Below are positions 1 to 10,306 of a DNA stretch of 64,000 nucleotides, piece after piece. The position numbers and the translations under genes were made by a program. Origin of the DNA: Histomonas meleagridis 2922-C6/04-290x (taxonomy: Eukaryota; Protista; Parabasalia); the NCBI GenBank assembly GCA_020184695.1, contig JAANOX010000259.1, positions 62,001 through 126,000 on the forward strand, written 5' to 3'. Within the stretch, counting starts at the first letter, position 1; each line of letters begins with the position of its first letter. Below the pieces are notes generated by a model that was not told the DNA's origin, searched no databases, and was given only the letters and a program-made list of their open reading frames with translations.

Positions 1-540
1 ACAAGACATTCACGTATACGCGAGAGTTCATAGCTGGATTATCAATGATACTGTGAACATAAACATGATGAAACATTATAATGGTGAAAGAGCTTTCACA
101 ATTTCTGATGTTTATTTTTGAATGAAGCAAATGTATACATTTTTGAATAGTTTATTTGATTTTGAAACTGAAATCTAATTGTACCGATCATTTTCAATAC
201 AAAAAAATGAAAATATAAATATAAATATCTCTATTTAGAATTGGTTATGGAATAAAAAAAGAAATATATAATGAAATACATCATATGTTATTTAATTATG
301 AATAAAATATATAAAATCCATAAGAAAATCAGAATAGGACCCGTTCTGTTTTTAGTGCTTTTAACCTGTTTTTCCTTATGCTACTGAATCCAAAAGATAA
401 AATTTAAATTCCAGAAATCCACTAAAATTCCTCTAGTTGATAGGATGTGTTAATTTGAGAGTTATATATGACAGAGAAGAGCTCCATCATTTGTTTTGGA
501 ATTGAATATAAACGATCTCAGTGACACTTTTTCTGGCCAA

Positions 541-1425
541 ATGGAGATACCAAGAATTACTGCACCATCATTCGATGAACTTTCATCAGCATGCAGTGAT
601 ATATTTGGAGTTTTGCCTCAACCAGGAATTTCTTTCACATATATAAAACAAATTGTACCTAGCATTTCAACAAATGCTTCATTAACTCTTATTCCAAGAA
701 AATTACCTATTGAAAATCAACCAGGAAATCCAGCAACAACAAGGTTAGGTGCAACTTACAACAACTATGGAGTTACCATATCAAGCAACTTGCTGACAAA
801 AAATGGACTTAATTTTGATTCATTTTTGCTTAACAATAATGTTCACCTAACAGAAAGCACTGACGTCATGTTGAATTTTTCGAAATCTGAAAACACAAAC
901 CTCACAATTTCTACGGAAACCCGCACACATTATATTAGTACGAAAAATTCGCTTAATTTGACGAACTTCAATCATTTTAGTTATATCTCCTCTTTATGTA
1001 GTTCTTATAATAATCTTGTTCTTGGCGGTATATCTTTATCTTTTAATCATATTAACCCATTAGAATCTCTTTTCTTCACACTAATAGGAATGGGGAACAT
1101 AGGCTTTATTCAAGGAAAGGTTGAATTTGGTAAATCTATTAAGCAACCTGATAAATCTTTATCTGCCCAACTTCAAATTTTGGTTTCGCAAAAACTTCGT
1201 TTTCAACTTCAACATGAAAGAATAAATGAAACAGCAAATACTGGTCTTGGATTCCAGTATAGTAATGGCTTCAACACAGCTAGCGCTGTGGTACAGAGCA
1301 ATGGAATTTTGTGTGCTTCATTTATGAAGAACGTTAAGCCAAACATAACGGTCAACGCATCACTTTCACTCACTATTAGTCCATTAACATGCTCACCTGG
1401 ATTGTCCATTTTGTTGAATCAATAA
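541..1425 (+). CDS. Tom40/VDAC-family (Porin_3-like) beta-barrel outer-membrane protein, probably hydrogenosomal
   Basis: ~295-aa ORF from the first in-frame ATG (541; the track start at 496 is TTG). N-terminal PSFDELSSACSDIF resembles the Tom40 PGxFEEL helix; alternating beta-strand pattern; C-terminal beta-signal-like PGLSILLNQ. Confidence 0.7.
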   Translation: MEIPRITAPSFDELSSACSDIFGVLPQPGISFTYIKQIVPSISTNASLTLIPRKLPIENQPGNPATTRLGATYNNYGVTISSNLLTKNGLNFDSFLLNNNVHLTESTDVMLNFSKSENTNLTISTETRTHYISTKNSLNLTNFNHFSYISSLCSSYNNLVLGGISLSFNHINPLESLFFTLIGMGNIGFIQGKVEFGKSIKQPDKSLSAQLQILVSQKLRFQLQHERINETANTGLGFQYSNGFNTASAVVQSNGILCASFMKNVKPNITVNASLSLTISPLTCSPGLSILLNQ

Positions 1426-1699
1426 ACATTTTATTTGTTTTTGACAAGAAAATTTTTAGGTTCAATCGCAAATGCAAATTTGATTCAAATTTTGAGAAAC
1501 ATCTTTTTCATATAAAAAAAAAAAAACAATTAACCTTGTTCAAAGTACCATCATTCCTAAACTATTTGCATTATATATGGTTAATACCCCTTTTTAAACA
1601 AATTCTTATCATTCTTATTGACGGTTTGCAGGGCACCCTAAATGCGATAACATTCTATCGGCCTGATAAATTAATTCAAAGGATAAAAAGTGACAAAAC

Positions 1700-2128
1700 A
1701 TGATTCGCTTTTTCATTGTCTTCAATCGCCAGGGTTCTGTTCGTTTGGTCAAATGGTACACTCCATACTCTGAAGCTGAAAAGGAGAAGTTAAAGACAGA
1801 TCTCCATCGTTTAATTTGCAGAAGAACAGCAAATCTTACTAATGTTCTTGAATATAAGAATTACAAAATCATTTACCGTCCATACGCTGCCTTGTTCATG
1901 TGCATGTGCGTTGATGCTACCGATAATGAATTCGCTATTCTCGAAACAATCCATCTTTTTGTCGAAATCATGGATACATACTTCGGAAAAGTACGTGAAA
2001 TAGATTTACTAATTGGCTTCCACAAAGTGTATGCAATGCTTGATGAATTCATTGTTGCTGGCGAAGTTGGTGAATGCAATAGACTAATAATCGTAAACAG
2101 AATGAAACAACTAGATGCCCTTGACTAA
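1700..2128 (+). CDS. Clathrin adaptor (AP) complex small sigma subunit, most like AP-2/AP-1 sigma
   Basis: 142 aa with MIRFFIVFNRQGSVRLVKWY, KIIYRxYAxL, DNE..LE.IH.FVE..D.YF and FHKVYAMLDE...GE, all typical of sigma adaptins. Confidence 0.92.
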   Translation: MIRFFIVFNRQGSVRLVKWYTPYSEAEKEKLKTDLHRLICRRTANLTNVLEYKNYKIIYRPYAALFMCMCVDATDNEFAILETIHLFVEIMDTYFGKVREIDLLIGFHKVYAMLDEFIVAGEVGECNRLIIVNRMKQLDALD

Positions 2129-2279
2129 ACCAAAAACAATTAATTTTTCTTTGTTGTCATTCTAATTTAAATTTTATGTGAAATTTAGGCGAACTTGTGA
2201 AAGTCATCAAAATGAATTTATAATTTTTGAATCATTAAATCAAGATAAAATAAAAAAACATAAAATAAAACAATTGAGT

Positions 2280-3536
2280 ATTTTTGTTATTAATATAAAT
2301 TCCTTCTTGTTCAAGAAGTAATTTAACTATTTCTGTATAACCTTTTTCAGATGCTAATACAAGTGCTGTTTGAAATAATTTAAATAATTTCCAAATATTA
2401 TTTTGAAATATAAAATTATTAAAATAAAATATCAAATAAAACAAATAAATATCTTTAGCATTAATATCAATTTCTTCTTGCTCAAGAAGTAATTTAACTA
2501 TTTCTGTATGACCATTTTCAGATGCCCACATAAGTGCTGTCCAAAATAATTTAAATAATTTCCAAATATTATTTTGAAATATAATTTTCAAATAAAACAA
2601 ATAAATATCTTTAGCATTAATATCAATTACTTTTTGCTCAAGAAGCATTTTAACGATTTCTATAGACCTTTAGCAGATGTCATAATAAGTTCTGTATTAA
2701 ATAATTTCCAAATTTTATTTTTAAAATTGAAATTATAAAAATGTATCCAAAATAATCCAAATAAATATCTTTAACATATATATCTACGATTCCATATTCA
2801 AAAAGTAATTTAACAATATCTATATAACCATTTAGAGATGTATAAATAAGTTCTGTTTCAAATAATTTAAATAAATTCCAAATATTATTTTGAGTTTCTT
2901 AGTTATCAAAATAATTTTCAAATAAAACAAATAAATACTTTTAGCATTAATATCAGTTCCTTTTTGTTTAAAAAGTAATTTAGCGATTTCTATAAAACCA
3001 AAATTAGATGCCCAAATAAGTGCTTTATCAAATAATTTAAATAATTTCCAAATATTATTTTGAAATATCAAAATATTAAAATAAATTTCAAATAAAACAA
3101 ATTAATACCTTTTGCATTAATATCAATTCCTTCTTGTTCAAGAAGTAATTGAACTATTTTTGATTTAGATGCGCACACGAGTGCTGTTTCAAATAAATTA
3201 AATAATTTCCAAATTTTGTTTCGAAATATCAAAATATCAAAAAAAATCTTATATAAAATAATTAAATATCTTTAGCATTAATATCAATTCCTTCTTGTTC
3301 AAGAAGTAATTTAACTATTTCTGTATAACCTTTTTCAGATGCTAATACAAGTGCTGTTTGAAATAATTTAAATAATTTCCAAATATTATTTTGAAATCCA
3401 AAATTATTAAAATAAATATTAAATAAAACAAATAGGTATCTTTAGCATTAATATCAATTCCTTCTTGTTCAAGAAGGAGTTTAATCATATCTACATTATT
3501 GTCTTCAGATGCTGCCATAAGTGCTGTATTAATCAA
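2280..3536 (-). repeat. Tandem ankyrin-repeat array (8 modules) interrupted by conserved AT-rich spacers; split gene or pseudogene
   Basis: Modules like TALVLASEKGYTEIVKLLLEQEGIDINAKD recur at ~170-nt period, separated by spacers of 80,80,80,80,71,66,81 nt. One module (2607-2695) is 89 nt, i.e. carries a 1-nt deletion. Confidence 0.85.
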
Positions 3537-3804
3537 TTTGAATAAATTTCAAATATTATTTTGAAATATCATAAAAAATCTATCTTAATATTAAGATATC
3601 TTAATATTTTTTAAACTTACGCAAACGCACAATCATACAGAAACCAATTTGAACTTTATTTTGTTAATCATTATCAACAACTCCATATGTAAATTTGACA
3701 ATATACAATACAACTCAAACATTTTCCATTGTATGTAGTTACAAATTTGAAATGCAAATACATACATTTGAACACGCAACAAATCATTTCAAAAATTTAT
3801 TTAT

Positions 3805-6800
3805 TTAACCAGTTTTTCTTACTTTCGCGAACGCTGCCATTAAGTCGTTATTAGCTGGTTTTGGTGGGCCTGGTGGGGGGCCCCTTTGCTGGGGTGGTCC
3901 GCCTCCCACTTTTTTGAGTTGGGGTGGGCCAGTCTGCAACTTCTTCATTAACTCATCCAAAACACCTCTTTGTGCGTCACCAGCGTTAATTACTCCTCTT
4001 CTCAATGGGTTCTGCATCTTATTCTTAGCCTTTTCTTCGTCTGCCTTCTTCTTTTCATTAACTTCTTTGGCCTTTCTTAATTCTTCTGCCAATTTAATAA
4101 ATACATTAAAGAAGTCGGCCATTTGCATTGCGTCAGGATCTTCTCCATATTCCTTAACTAATTTTGCATATAATTCATCGATTTTGTCAAATGTTTCTGG
4201 TTGCTTCTTAACGGTCGCCGACTTATCTTTAATGAATTTATTAATTTCTTTACCAAGTACATAACTATCATCAAGTTTCTCTGCTTGAGCTAAAGATCTT
4301 TCTAATGAGTTCATCATTCCATCAATAGCTTTATAAGACTTACGGATCGTATCCATATCTACTGTCAAAGCTTTTTTGATTGGTTCCAATTCATTATATA
4401 ATTCGTCGACAGGGAATTGTTCAGCGATAAAGTTCACTAGTAAATAACCAGGAACTTGTGTACGGATTTCTCTAATTTTATCAATGAAATCGAACTTAAA
4501 TCCGTAAGCGCCTCCACGCATAGTACCTCCGTTACATATATTACCTATACGTAATATTAATGCTAAGAGGTCCTTTAACTTCTCTGATGTGTTAATGCTA
4601 TTTAATCCATTATATATAAACGATAATGGCTTCTCGACATCTTCGATCTGTGAATCAAATGTCTTACGAATGTATAAGAAGTCAATGTGCGTGTCCAACA
4701 TTTGGATTCCGCTGATTGCATTCACAAATTGTTCAGCTTTACCTAACAATGCTTTATCGCCATCGTATGAAACAACTGCTTGAACTTCTTCTGCATTTGG
4801 CTTGTTGCTACGGAGCGCTTGGATTTCATCTTCAGTCAGCTTGTCGCTAAGTGTCTTAATTTCGGTCGCAACTTGTTCATTCGGCCTTCTGAAGCGTGTC
4901 ACCATAATAGTGATCGCTTTGGATCGATTCTGGTCAAACAATTCGACAATCTTCGGCTTAGGCGGTGCCGCTTCTGCTGCTGCTCCTCCCGATGGTGTTG
5001 GCGCTGGCTTAGGTGCTGCTGTAGCAAATAATTCCAATAATTTGTCTTCATCGAATTTAGCCTTTGTGTCATCGATCTTCTCCCATAATGTTCCTTTGAC
5101 TGTCGAGTCGGGTATCTTAGTCCAATATAAGTTACGCAATGGCTTCGGCGGCTTGGGATTGGGCTTGGATGGCATTCCGGAGCCGGGTGGAGGAGGAGCG
5201 CCTGGTGGTGGAGGCGGTGCTCCGGGAGGTGGCGGAGGAGGAGGTGGAGGAGGAGCACCGGGTGGAGGAGGCGGTGGCGGCGGAGGTGGAGGAGGAGGAG
5301 CTTCTGCTTCTGCTGCAGCTGAAGGAGCTTCTGATGTTGCTGATGCATCGGATTTACCTGATGATGATAATGTTTCTTTAAGTTTAGCGATTTCTTCTTT
5401 TTGTGCTTCGATTTGTTTTTGTAATGCTTCAATATTTGCATTGCTTTGTGACTGAGGTTGTGATTGATTTGATGATTCTTTCTTGATGGTGTTGATTTGT
5501 CCTTGTAATTTAGTGATTTCTTCTTTATGAGATTTAATGAGTTTATCTTTTTCGGATATTTCTTTTGTAAGTTTTTCGATTTGTTCTTTTTGTTCATTGT
5601 TCTTATCTTCATCTTCAGAACTTGAAGAACTTGATGAAGATGATGATGAAGATGAATGTTCTTTATTCTTTAATTCTTCGATTTCATTTTCCATTTCTTT
5701 GATTTTAGATTCAAGTTCTTTCTTATTGTTATCTAAAGATTGTTCTTTTTCTTTATATGATTTAATTTCATTTTCATATTGTTCAACTTTAGTTTCAAGA
5801 ATTACTTTATTTTGTTTTGTAGTTGATAATTCTTGTTTAATTTTATCATTTTCTTCATTAATTCGTGTTTCTTTATTCTTTAATGATTCGATTTCATTAT
5901 TTAAGTTTTCGATTTTAGATTCAAGTAAAGCCTTAGTTTGTTTAGCTTGAGATAATTCTTGTTTAATGTTTTCACTATCATTCTTATAATTTGATTCTTG
6001 ATTAACTAAAGTATTAATTTCATTTTGAAGTTCTTCTATCTTTAAATCTGCTGTGGCTTTAGATTTCTTAACATTTAATAATTCTTGTTTAATGTTTTCA
6101 TTATCTGATTTAAGTTCATTTTCTTTGTTCTTTAATGATTCGATTTCAGTATTTAATTCTTCAATCTTAGAATCAGAACTTGCTTTAGATTGTTTAACAT
6201 TAGATAATTCTTGTTTAATTTTATCATTTTCTGATTTAAGTTCATTTTCATTATTCTTTAAGTTATTAATATCATTTTCTAATTCTTCTATTTTAGAATC
6301 AGAAGTAATTTTATTTTGTTTAGTTAATGATAATTCTTGTTTAATTTTATCATTTTCTGATTTAAGTTCATTTTCATTGTTCTTTAATGAATTAATTTCT
6401 GTTTCTAATTCTTCGATTTTACTTTCTGCAATAGTTTTACTTTGTTTAATTTGTGATAATTCTTGTTTAATTTTATCATTTTCTTCTTTAAATTCATTTT
6501 CATTGTTCTTCAAATTCTCTATTTCATTCTTTAATTCAACAATCTTTAAATCAGATTTAGCTTTAGCTTCTTTAATTTCATTTAATTCGATTTCTCGTGT
6601 TGCAAGAATTTCGATTTTATCATCATTATCATTATCACTTGAAGAAGATGAAGAAGATGAACCTTCATCACTACCTTTCTTAGATTTCATTGATTCAATT
6701 TGTGCCTTTAAGTGTTGAATCATAGCTTCATTTGAAGATTTAGCTTCTTTAAGTGAATTAATTTCATTACGTAATTCATCTTCATTATCACTTGAACTAG

Positions 6801-9444
6801 AAGATGATGAAGATGAAGAAGAATCTGATTTTTGTGTTAATGTTTCTATTTCTTCTTCAAGTTCTTTAATTTTGTTTTCATTAACTAATTTATTTTGTTT
6901 TAATAATGAATATTCTTGTTTCATTTTATCATATTCTTCTTTAATATTATTTTCTTTTGATTTTAATGTTTCGATTTCATTTTCAAGTTCTTCAATTTTG
7001 TTTTCAGCTATAGCTTTGTTTTGTTTCATATTAATTAATTCTTGTTTAACTTTATCTGATTCTTCTTTAATATTATTTTCTTTTGATTTTAATGATTCAA
7101 TTTCATTTTCTAATTCAGTAACTTTTTGTTCTACACTTGCTTTACTTTGTTTAGTTAATGATAATTCTTGTTTAATTTTATCATTTTCTTCTTTAATATT
7201 TTCTTCTTTCGATTTCATTTCTTCATTTAATTTCTCTAATTCTTCAATCTTAAATTGTAAATGTACATTATTCTCTTTAATTGTTAACATTTCTTGTTTA
7301 GCACTTGTAGTATCTTCTTTATTTGCTGATTCTTTTGATTTTAATGTTTCAATTTCATTTTCTAACTCTTCGATTTTAGATTTCGATATAACATTTTCTT
7401 GTTTAACTTCTGATAATTCTTTCTTTATGTTTTCTGATTCATTTTTAATTGTAATTTCTTTGTTCTTTAATGATTCAATCTCAGAGTTTAATTCAATGAT
7501 TTTTGATTCTGCAGTAGCTTTAGCTTGTTGAAGTTCATTAAGTTCTTTAGTATTATTATTTTGTTTCTTTAATGCTTCAATTTCTTCTAAAAGTTTTTCT
7601 ACTTTTGTATCTGATTGGATTTTAGCTTCTCGTAATTTAATATATTCTTTATTATCAGATACTGTTAAATTTGAAATTCCACTTTCTTCTGTTGTAGATG
7701 ATGAAGAAGTAGAAGTTTCATGTGATTTATATGATTCATAATCTTCTGTTTCTGATGAAGTAGAATCAGATGAAGTTGAAGAATCAGATTTAGTTTTAGA
7801 TTTAGAAACTGATTTTGATTTTGTTGAATCTTCAGTTTTTTCTTCTTTAGATTTATTATTAGTTGTTGCTTGACTTAATTTATCTTTTAATTCATCAATT
7901 ATTGATTTTAATTTATTGTTCTCTTTAACAATATCATCTTTTTCTTCAGTTAATGATTTACATTTCTTATTTAATTCAGTTACTTGTCCATTCATTTCTT
8001 GTAAGTTTTGTTGTAATTGACGTAATTCTGCTTCGGATATAATCGTTGGACCATCAATATCTGAAGGACGTTCTTGTTTACCAAATAATGCTTGTAAGTT
8101 ATTCTCATTAACTTTTCCTGCTTTTTTAATTATCTTTTTCATTTGTTGACGTTTAAGTTCATTTTCAACAATAAACATTTCACTTCCAAGTTCATTTAAT
8201 ATAGTGTTATTATCATTTTGTTCAATACTAAGTTTAATTGGTGATTCTAAATCAGCTGTAACTATAAAAATGTTCTTATATTTGCGTAAGTCCTTAGCTG
8301 AAATAGCAAAGTAACGTGTGATGTTGACTGCATTAAATAAATATGTCATTATGATATTAAAAATATTGTTATGACGAATCGCTAAATCAACAAGTCCAAG
8401 TTGTACATTCCTAAACAAATATGGTGGGTTCGAATTGTTAATAATGATCTTGCATAATGATTTGTCATTGAATGGATTAATTCCCGTGTTTGGAAAGATG
8501 GACTTACATATTGAGATGTCTTCCTCTAAGACTGAGGCTAAGTTTTGCAATAATTCATTGGTACATTCTTTTAAGGCTTTGATTAAGCCGGCATTTTCAA
8601 TGTCCATTAACCAATCATATCGAAATGATGGATATCCTTCTTCACCATTTTGGCCAACAAGCGTCAAGTAAAGTCCATTCAAGAAGGAATATAATGTTAA
8701 AAGATTGGCACCTTTCGATGATACAAAATATGTGATGTTCTTCCAGCCATGATGATTACGTTCAAGCTTTCGAAATGACTCTAAAATAGTACGGATTGTG
8801 ATTCCATGCTTCTTGGGATCGGTTTCTCCGAAAAGATATGCTAAACAAATTCCAAATACTAAGTCAAATGTGCGTAAATGTGGTGGATAAATACAATTGA
8901 TAAGAATGCTGATGTGTTTGTTATAGGCTAAAACTTTGTCTAAGCCTTGTGATGTATTACAGATTGATCGAAAACATTCTAGAAGGCCTTCAAGTAACAT
9001 GGCATCGCCCTTAGAGATTTCACCAACTGAACTAAGTTTGTTGGAGATTTGTTGAATGATTTTGAAGAGAAAGATATGACCTCCTTCTTCTAAGAATTGT
9101 TTACCCCAAGATAAACGTGACTTAGCAAGGTTGTTAGCTACATTCTTAAGGTTTTCAGGAGTTAAATTGTTCTTAAGTTCTTGGAGAAGTGACTTTGGTG
9201 ATGGAATTGATAAATCAAGTTGCTCTTGGAAAACCATCATTTGCCATTTCTCGTCCGTAGTTTTTTGTTCGATAAAGTTTGATCTCTTTTCTCCGTGAAT
9301 ATCCATATCATCAAGAAAAGCAGAAAGCATTTCATCTATTGCGCTATCTGGTGGCCTAGATGATGGAAGCTTCTTTGTCACAAAAGGCTCAAAAGTCTTC
9401 GCCTCTGGTTTCTTCTTTGAAGATGAGCTCTTTTTTTTCGGCAT
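3805..9444 (-). CDS. Formin (GBD/FH3-like N-terminus, long coiled coil, FH1, FH2)
   Basis: 1879-aa ORF with polyproline FH1, FH2 signatures (LRNLYWTKIP..TLW; ILRIGNICNGGTMRGGAYGFKF) and an N-terminal ARM-like GBD/FH3 region. Confidence 0.95.
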   Translation of the reverse strand: MPKKKSSSSKKKPEAKTFEPFVTKKLPSSRPPDSAIDEMLSAFLDDMDIHGEKRSNFIEQKTTDEKWQMMVFQEQLDLSIPSPKSLLQELKNNLTPENLKNVANNLAKSRLSWGKQFLEEGGHIFLFKIIQQISNKLSSVGEISKGDAMLLEGLLECFRSICNTSQGLDKVLAYNKHISILINCIYPPHLRTFDLVFGICLAYLFGETDPKKHGITIRTILESFRKLERNHHGWKNITYFVSSKGANLLTLYSFLNGLYLTLVGQNGEEGYPSFRYDWLMDIENAGLIKALKECTNELLQNLASVLEEDISICKSIFPNTGINPFNDKSLCKIIINNSNPPYLFRNVQLGLVDLAIRHNNIFNIIMTYLFNAVNITRYFAISAKDLRKYKNIFIVTADLESPIKLSIEQNDNNTILNELGSEMFIVENELKRQQMKKIIKKAGKVNENNLQALFGKQERPSDIDGPTIISEAELRQLQQNLQEMNGQVTELNKKCKSLTEEKDDIVKENNKLKSIIDELKDKLSQATTNNKSKEEKTEDSTKSKSVSKSKTKSDSSTSSDSTSSETEDYESYKSHETSTSSSSTTEESGISNLTVSDNKEYIKLREAKIQSDTKVEKLLEEIEALKKQNNNTKELNELQQAKATAESKIIELNSEIESLKNKEITIKNESENIKKELSEVKQENVISKSKIEELENEIETLKSKESANKEDTTSAKQEMLTIKENNVHLQFKIEELEKLNEEMKSKEENIKEENDKIKQELSLTKQSKASVEQKVTELENEIESLKSKENNIKEESDKVKQELINMKQNKAIAENKIEELENEIETLKSKENNIKEEYDKMKQEYSLLKQNKLVNENKIKELEEEIETLTQKSDSSSSSSSSSSSDNEDELRNEINSLKEAKSSNEAMIQHLKAQIESMKSKKGSDEGSSSSSSSSDNDNDDKIEILATREIELNEIKEAKAKSDLKIVELKNEIENLKNNENEFKEENDKIKQELSQIKQSKTIAESKIEELETEINSLKNNENELKSENDKIKQELSLTKQNKITSDSKIEELENDINNLKNNENELKSENDKIKQELSNVKQSKASSDSKIEELNTEIESLKNKENELKSDNENIKQELLNVKKSKATADLKIEELQNEINTLVNQESNYKNDSENIKQELSQAKQTKALLESKIENLNNEIESLKNKETRINEENDKIKQELSTTKQNKVILETKVEQYENEIKSYKEKEQSLDNNKKELESKIKEMENEIEELKNKEHSSSSSSSSSSSSSEDEDKNNEQKEQIEKLTKEISEKDKLIKSHKEEITKLQGQINTIKKESSNQSQPQSQSNANIEALQKQIEAQKEEIAKLKETLSSSGKSDASATSEAPSAAAEAEAPPPPPPPPPPPPPGAPPPPPPPPPPGAPPPPPGAPPPPGSGMPSKPNPKPPKPLRNLYWTKIPDSTVKGTLWEKIDDTKAKFDEDKLLELFATAAPKPAPTPSGGAAAEAAPPKPKIVELFDQNRSKAITIMVTRFRRPNEQVATEIKTLSDKLTEDEIQALRSNKPNAEEVQAVVSYDGDKALLGKAEQFVNAISGIQMLDTHIDFLYIRKTFDSQIEDVEKPLSFIYNGLNSINTSEKLKDLLALILRIGNICNGGTMRGGAYGFKFDFIDKIREIRTQVPGYLLVNFIAEQFPVDELYNELEPIKKALTVDMDTIRKSYKAIDGMMNSLERSLAQAEKLDDSYVLGKEINKFIKDKSATVKKQPETFDKIDELYAKLVKEYGEDPDAMQMADFFNVFIKLAEELRKAKEVNEKKKADEEKAKNKMQNPLRRGVINAGDAQRGVLDELMKKLQTGPPQLKKVGGGPPQQRGPPPGPPKPANNDLMAAFAKVRKTG
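5760..7560 (-). repeat. Intragenic 126-nt (42-aa) coiled-coil repeat, ~13 copies in two blocks separated by poly-Ser tracts
   Basis: ENDKIKQELS recurs with 42-aa spacing in the formin translation. Confidence 0.85.
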
Positions 9445-9448
9445 CCAA

Positions 9449-9455
9449 AAATGAA
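9449..9455 (-). promoter_or_regulatory. Initiator (Inr)-like TCATTT just upstream of the formin ATG
   Basis: Minus strand reads TTCATTTTTGG-ATG, matching the trichomonad TCA(Y) Inr position. Confidence 0.5.
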
Positions 9456-10306
9456 TTTAAAAAGTCGATTGTAAAACAGTGAAAAACCGAAACCTTTTGA
9501 CACATTTCAACTCAATTAAACAATGTGTTCGGACATCCGCTGATGATTTTACGAAACCGTTTATATCGCTTTGTGCAAAGATAACGTTACGAACGAGGCC
9601 AGATAAAAAAGTGGTTCCGTATCATCCGTTGTAAACTTTTTGAATTTATCGTATGGATTCGCTTTATAAATAAAAAAGTTTTTTATTTAAATTCGATGAC
9701 ATAAATAAAGATTTAGTCATTAAACCAATTTTTATATTCGAAAATACTTTCATTATATGTAACGCTAAAAAAAATCCATGTAAACTTTCAACTAATGATG
9801 TTAGTAAATTAGTAAAGATGATTTAATGGAAATTTTTCATGTTCATTTAATAATGTTATTATTAGTAATTTGATTTTCTTTATTTTATATTATTTGAAAA
9901 CTTCTTTATAAAAGAAAATAATAAATGTTTTTATAATGTTTCATGTTAAAATATATTTGAACATATTGACACTTTTGATGCTGGCAGATTTTTACCTCTC
10001 GCTTTTTTGGAAAATTGAACAACTGTTTTCATCTTAAAAATTAAACCAACTTTAAAAATAAAGCATTTGAAGAAAGAGTTTATTCCAAATGCCAAAAATG
10101 ATTGGAAAATAGAAAAAATTCATGAAATGTTTTTTTTACAAATTGATATAAGCCTTAATAGGTGAACATAGCTCAACCCACCCATTTTAAAATGTCGATC
10201 AAAGTTGTTGATTTCTAAATTGAAACAGAGTTTATGAATCCATAAAAAATAAGCCGTTAATTAACAATTTTTCTTTACATGAAAAGTGACGAAATTCGTT
10301 ATACAA

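Noticed and set aside
3914-8671. Many plus-strand S/L/F-rich ORFs (e.g. 4802-5455, 6053-6718, 6872-7531)
   Set aside because: Antisense shadows of the E/K/N-rich formin coding strand.
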